This document shows, piece after piece, positions 63,621 to 64,000 of a stretch of 64,000 bases of DNA. The position numbers were made by a program, and so were the translations under genes. Position 1 is the first letter of the stretch. Each line of letters starts with the position of its first letter. Source of the stretch: Octopus vulgaris. Taxonomy: Eukaryota. The DNA lies in contig OX597820.1 of the NCBI GenBank assembly GCA_951406725.2, positions 81,778,001 through 81,842,000 on the forward strand, written 5' to 3'. The notes under the pieces are model-generated. The model was not told where the DNA came from, searched no databases, and saw nothing but the letters and a program-made list of their open reading frames with translations.

Positions 63621-64000
63621 GTGGGTAATTATGGAGTGAATTTTTTTAGGGCTTAATACCGGGTCCCATATGCTATTCATATCTGCACTCGGTCTGCTTA
63701 GGAGGGTGCTGTGTCCTAGCATATGAGTTGCTTCTTTTAGTTTTCGTATTTTCCATTGGTGTTCTCTGTCAATTATTTTAACTTCACCCCACAGGGGAAG
63801 GTGGTCCCCATTTTTCCATACATGATCAGCTATACCTGATTTATCAACATCTCCCCGTGTCACAGCTTTGCGATGTTCCTCTACCCTTATTTTGAGGAGG
63901 TGCCATGTTTCGCCTTTGTATAACCTACCACAGCTGCATGGAATGGAGTACACACAGGGTTTGGTCATTTTCTCTTCTATTGGTGGTTTTACTCGAAGGA
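63606..64000 (-). CDS. Penelope GIY-YIG endonuclease domain (partial; ORF enters from beyond the window edge)
   Basis: CVYSIPCSCGRLYKGET...RVEEHRK...SGIADHVW...RKLKEA. Confidence 0.85.
   Translation of the reverse strand, partial: LRVKPPIEEKMTKPCVYSIPCSCGRLYKGETWHLLKIRVEEHRKAVTRGDVDKSGIADHVWKNGDHLPLWGEVKIIDREHQWKIRKLKEATHMLGHSTLLSRPSADMNSIWDPVLSPKKIHSIITHRRMA

Larger units (their letters stand above)
62262..64000 (-). mobile_element. Penelope-like element 3' end (runs off the window), with nested R4/Dong insertion
   Basis: GIY-YIG ORF, then tRNA-like head, (AAT)n and a hammerhead-bearing tail in sequence on the minus strand. Confidence 0.75.

Overview
Eukaryotic, AT-rich, microsatellite-dense DNA with no recognisable host protein-coding gene. 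The SINE families present resemble those of octopod cephalopods (inference from recalled repeat sequences, not a database search). The window is a nested mosaic of: several tRNA-derived SINE families; R4/Dong-like RLE LINEs and a ~550-bp non-coding companion element, all inserted in (AAT)n in one polarity; Penelope-like (GIY-YIG) elements and tails carrying hammerhead ribozyme motifs; Tx1/L1-like, RTE and CR1/Jockey-group LINE relics; two Tc1-superfamily transposons (DD34E and DD37E-like); and a non-autonomous Helitron. Most ORFs in the supplied track are microsatellite artefacts. The most interesting signals are: (i) two strongly A-depleted, G-rich islands inside the (CA)-rich 3' region of a Penelope copy, which look like ADAR A-to-I hyper-edited RNA written back into the genome; (ii) one complete and several minimal hammerhead motifs with fold-back structures; (iii) a tRNA-like Pol III head embedded between a Penelope endonuclease ORF and its ribozyme-bearing tail. 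Boundaries of degenerate elements were set by eye and are approximate.
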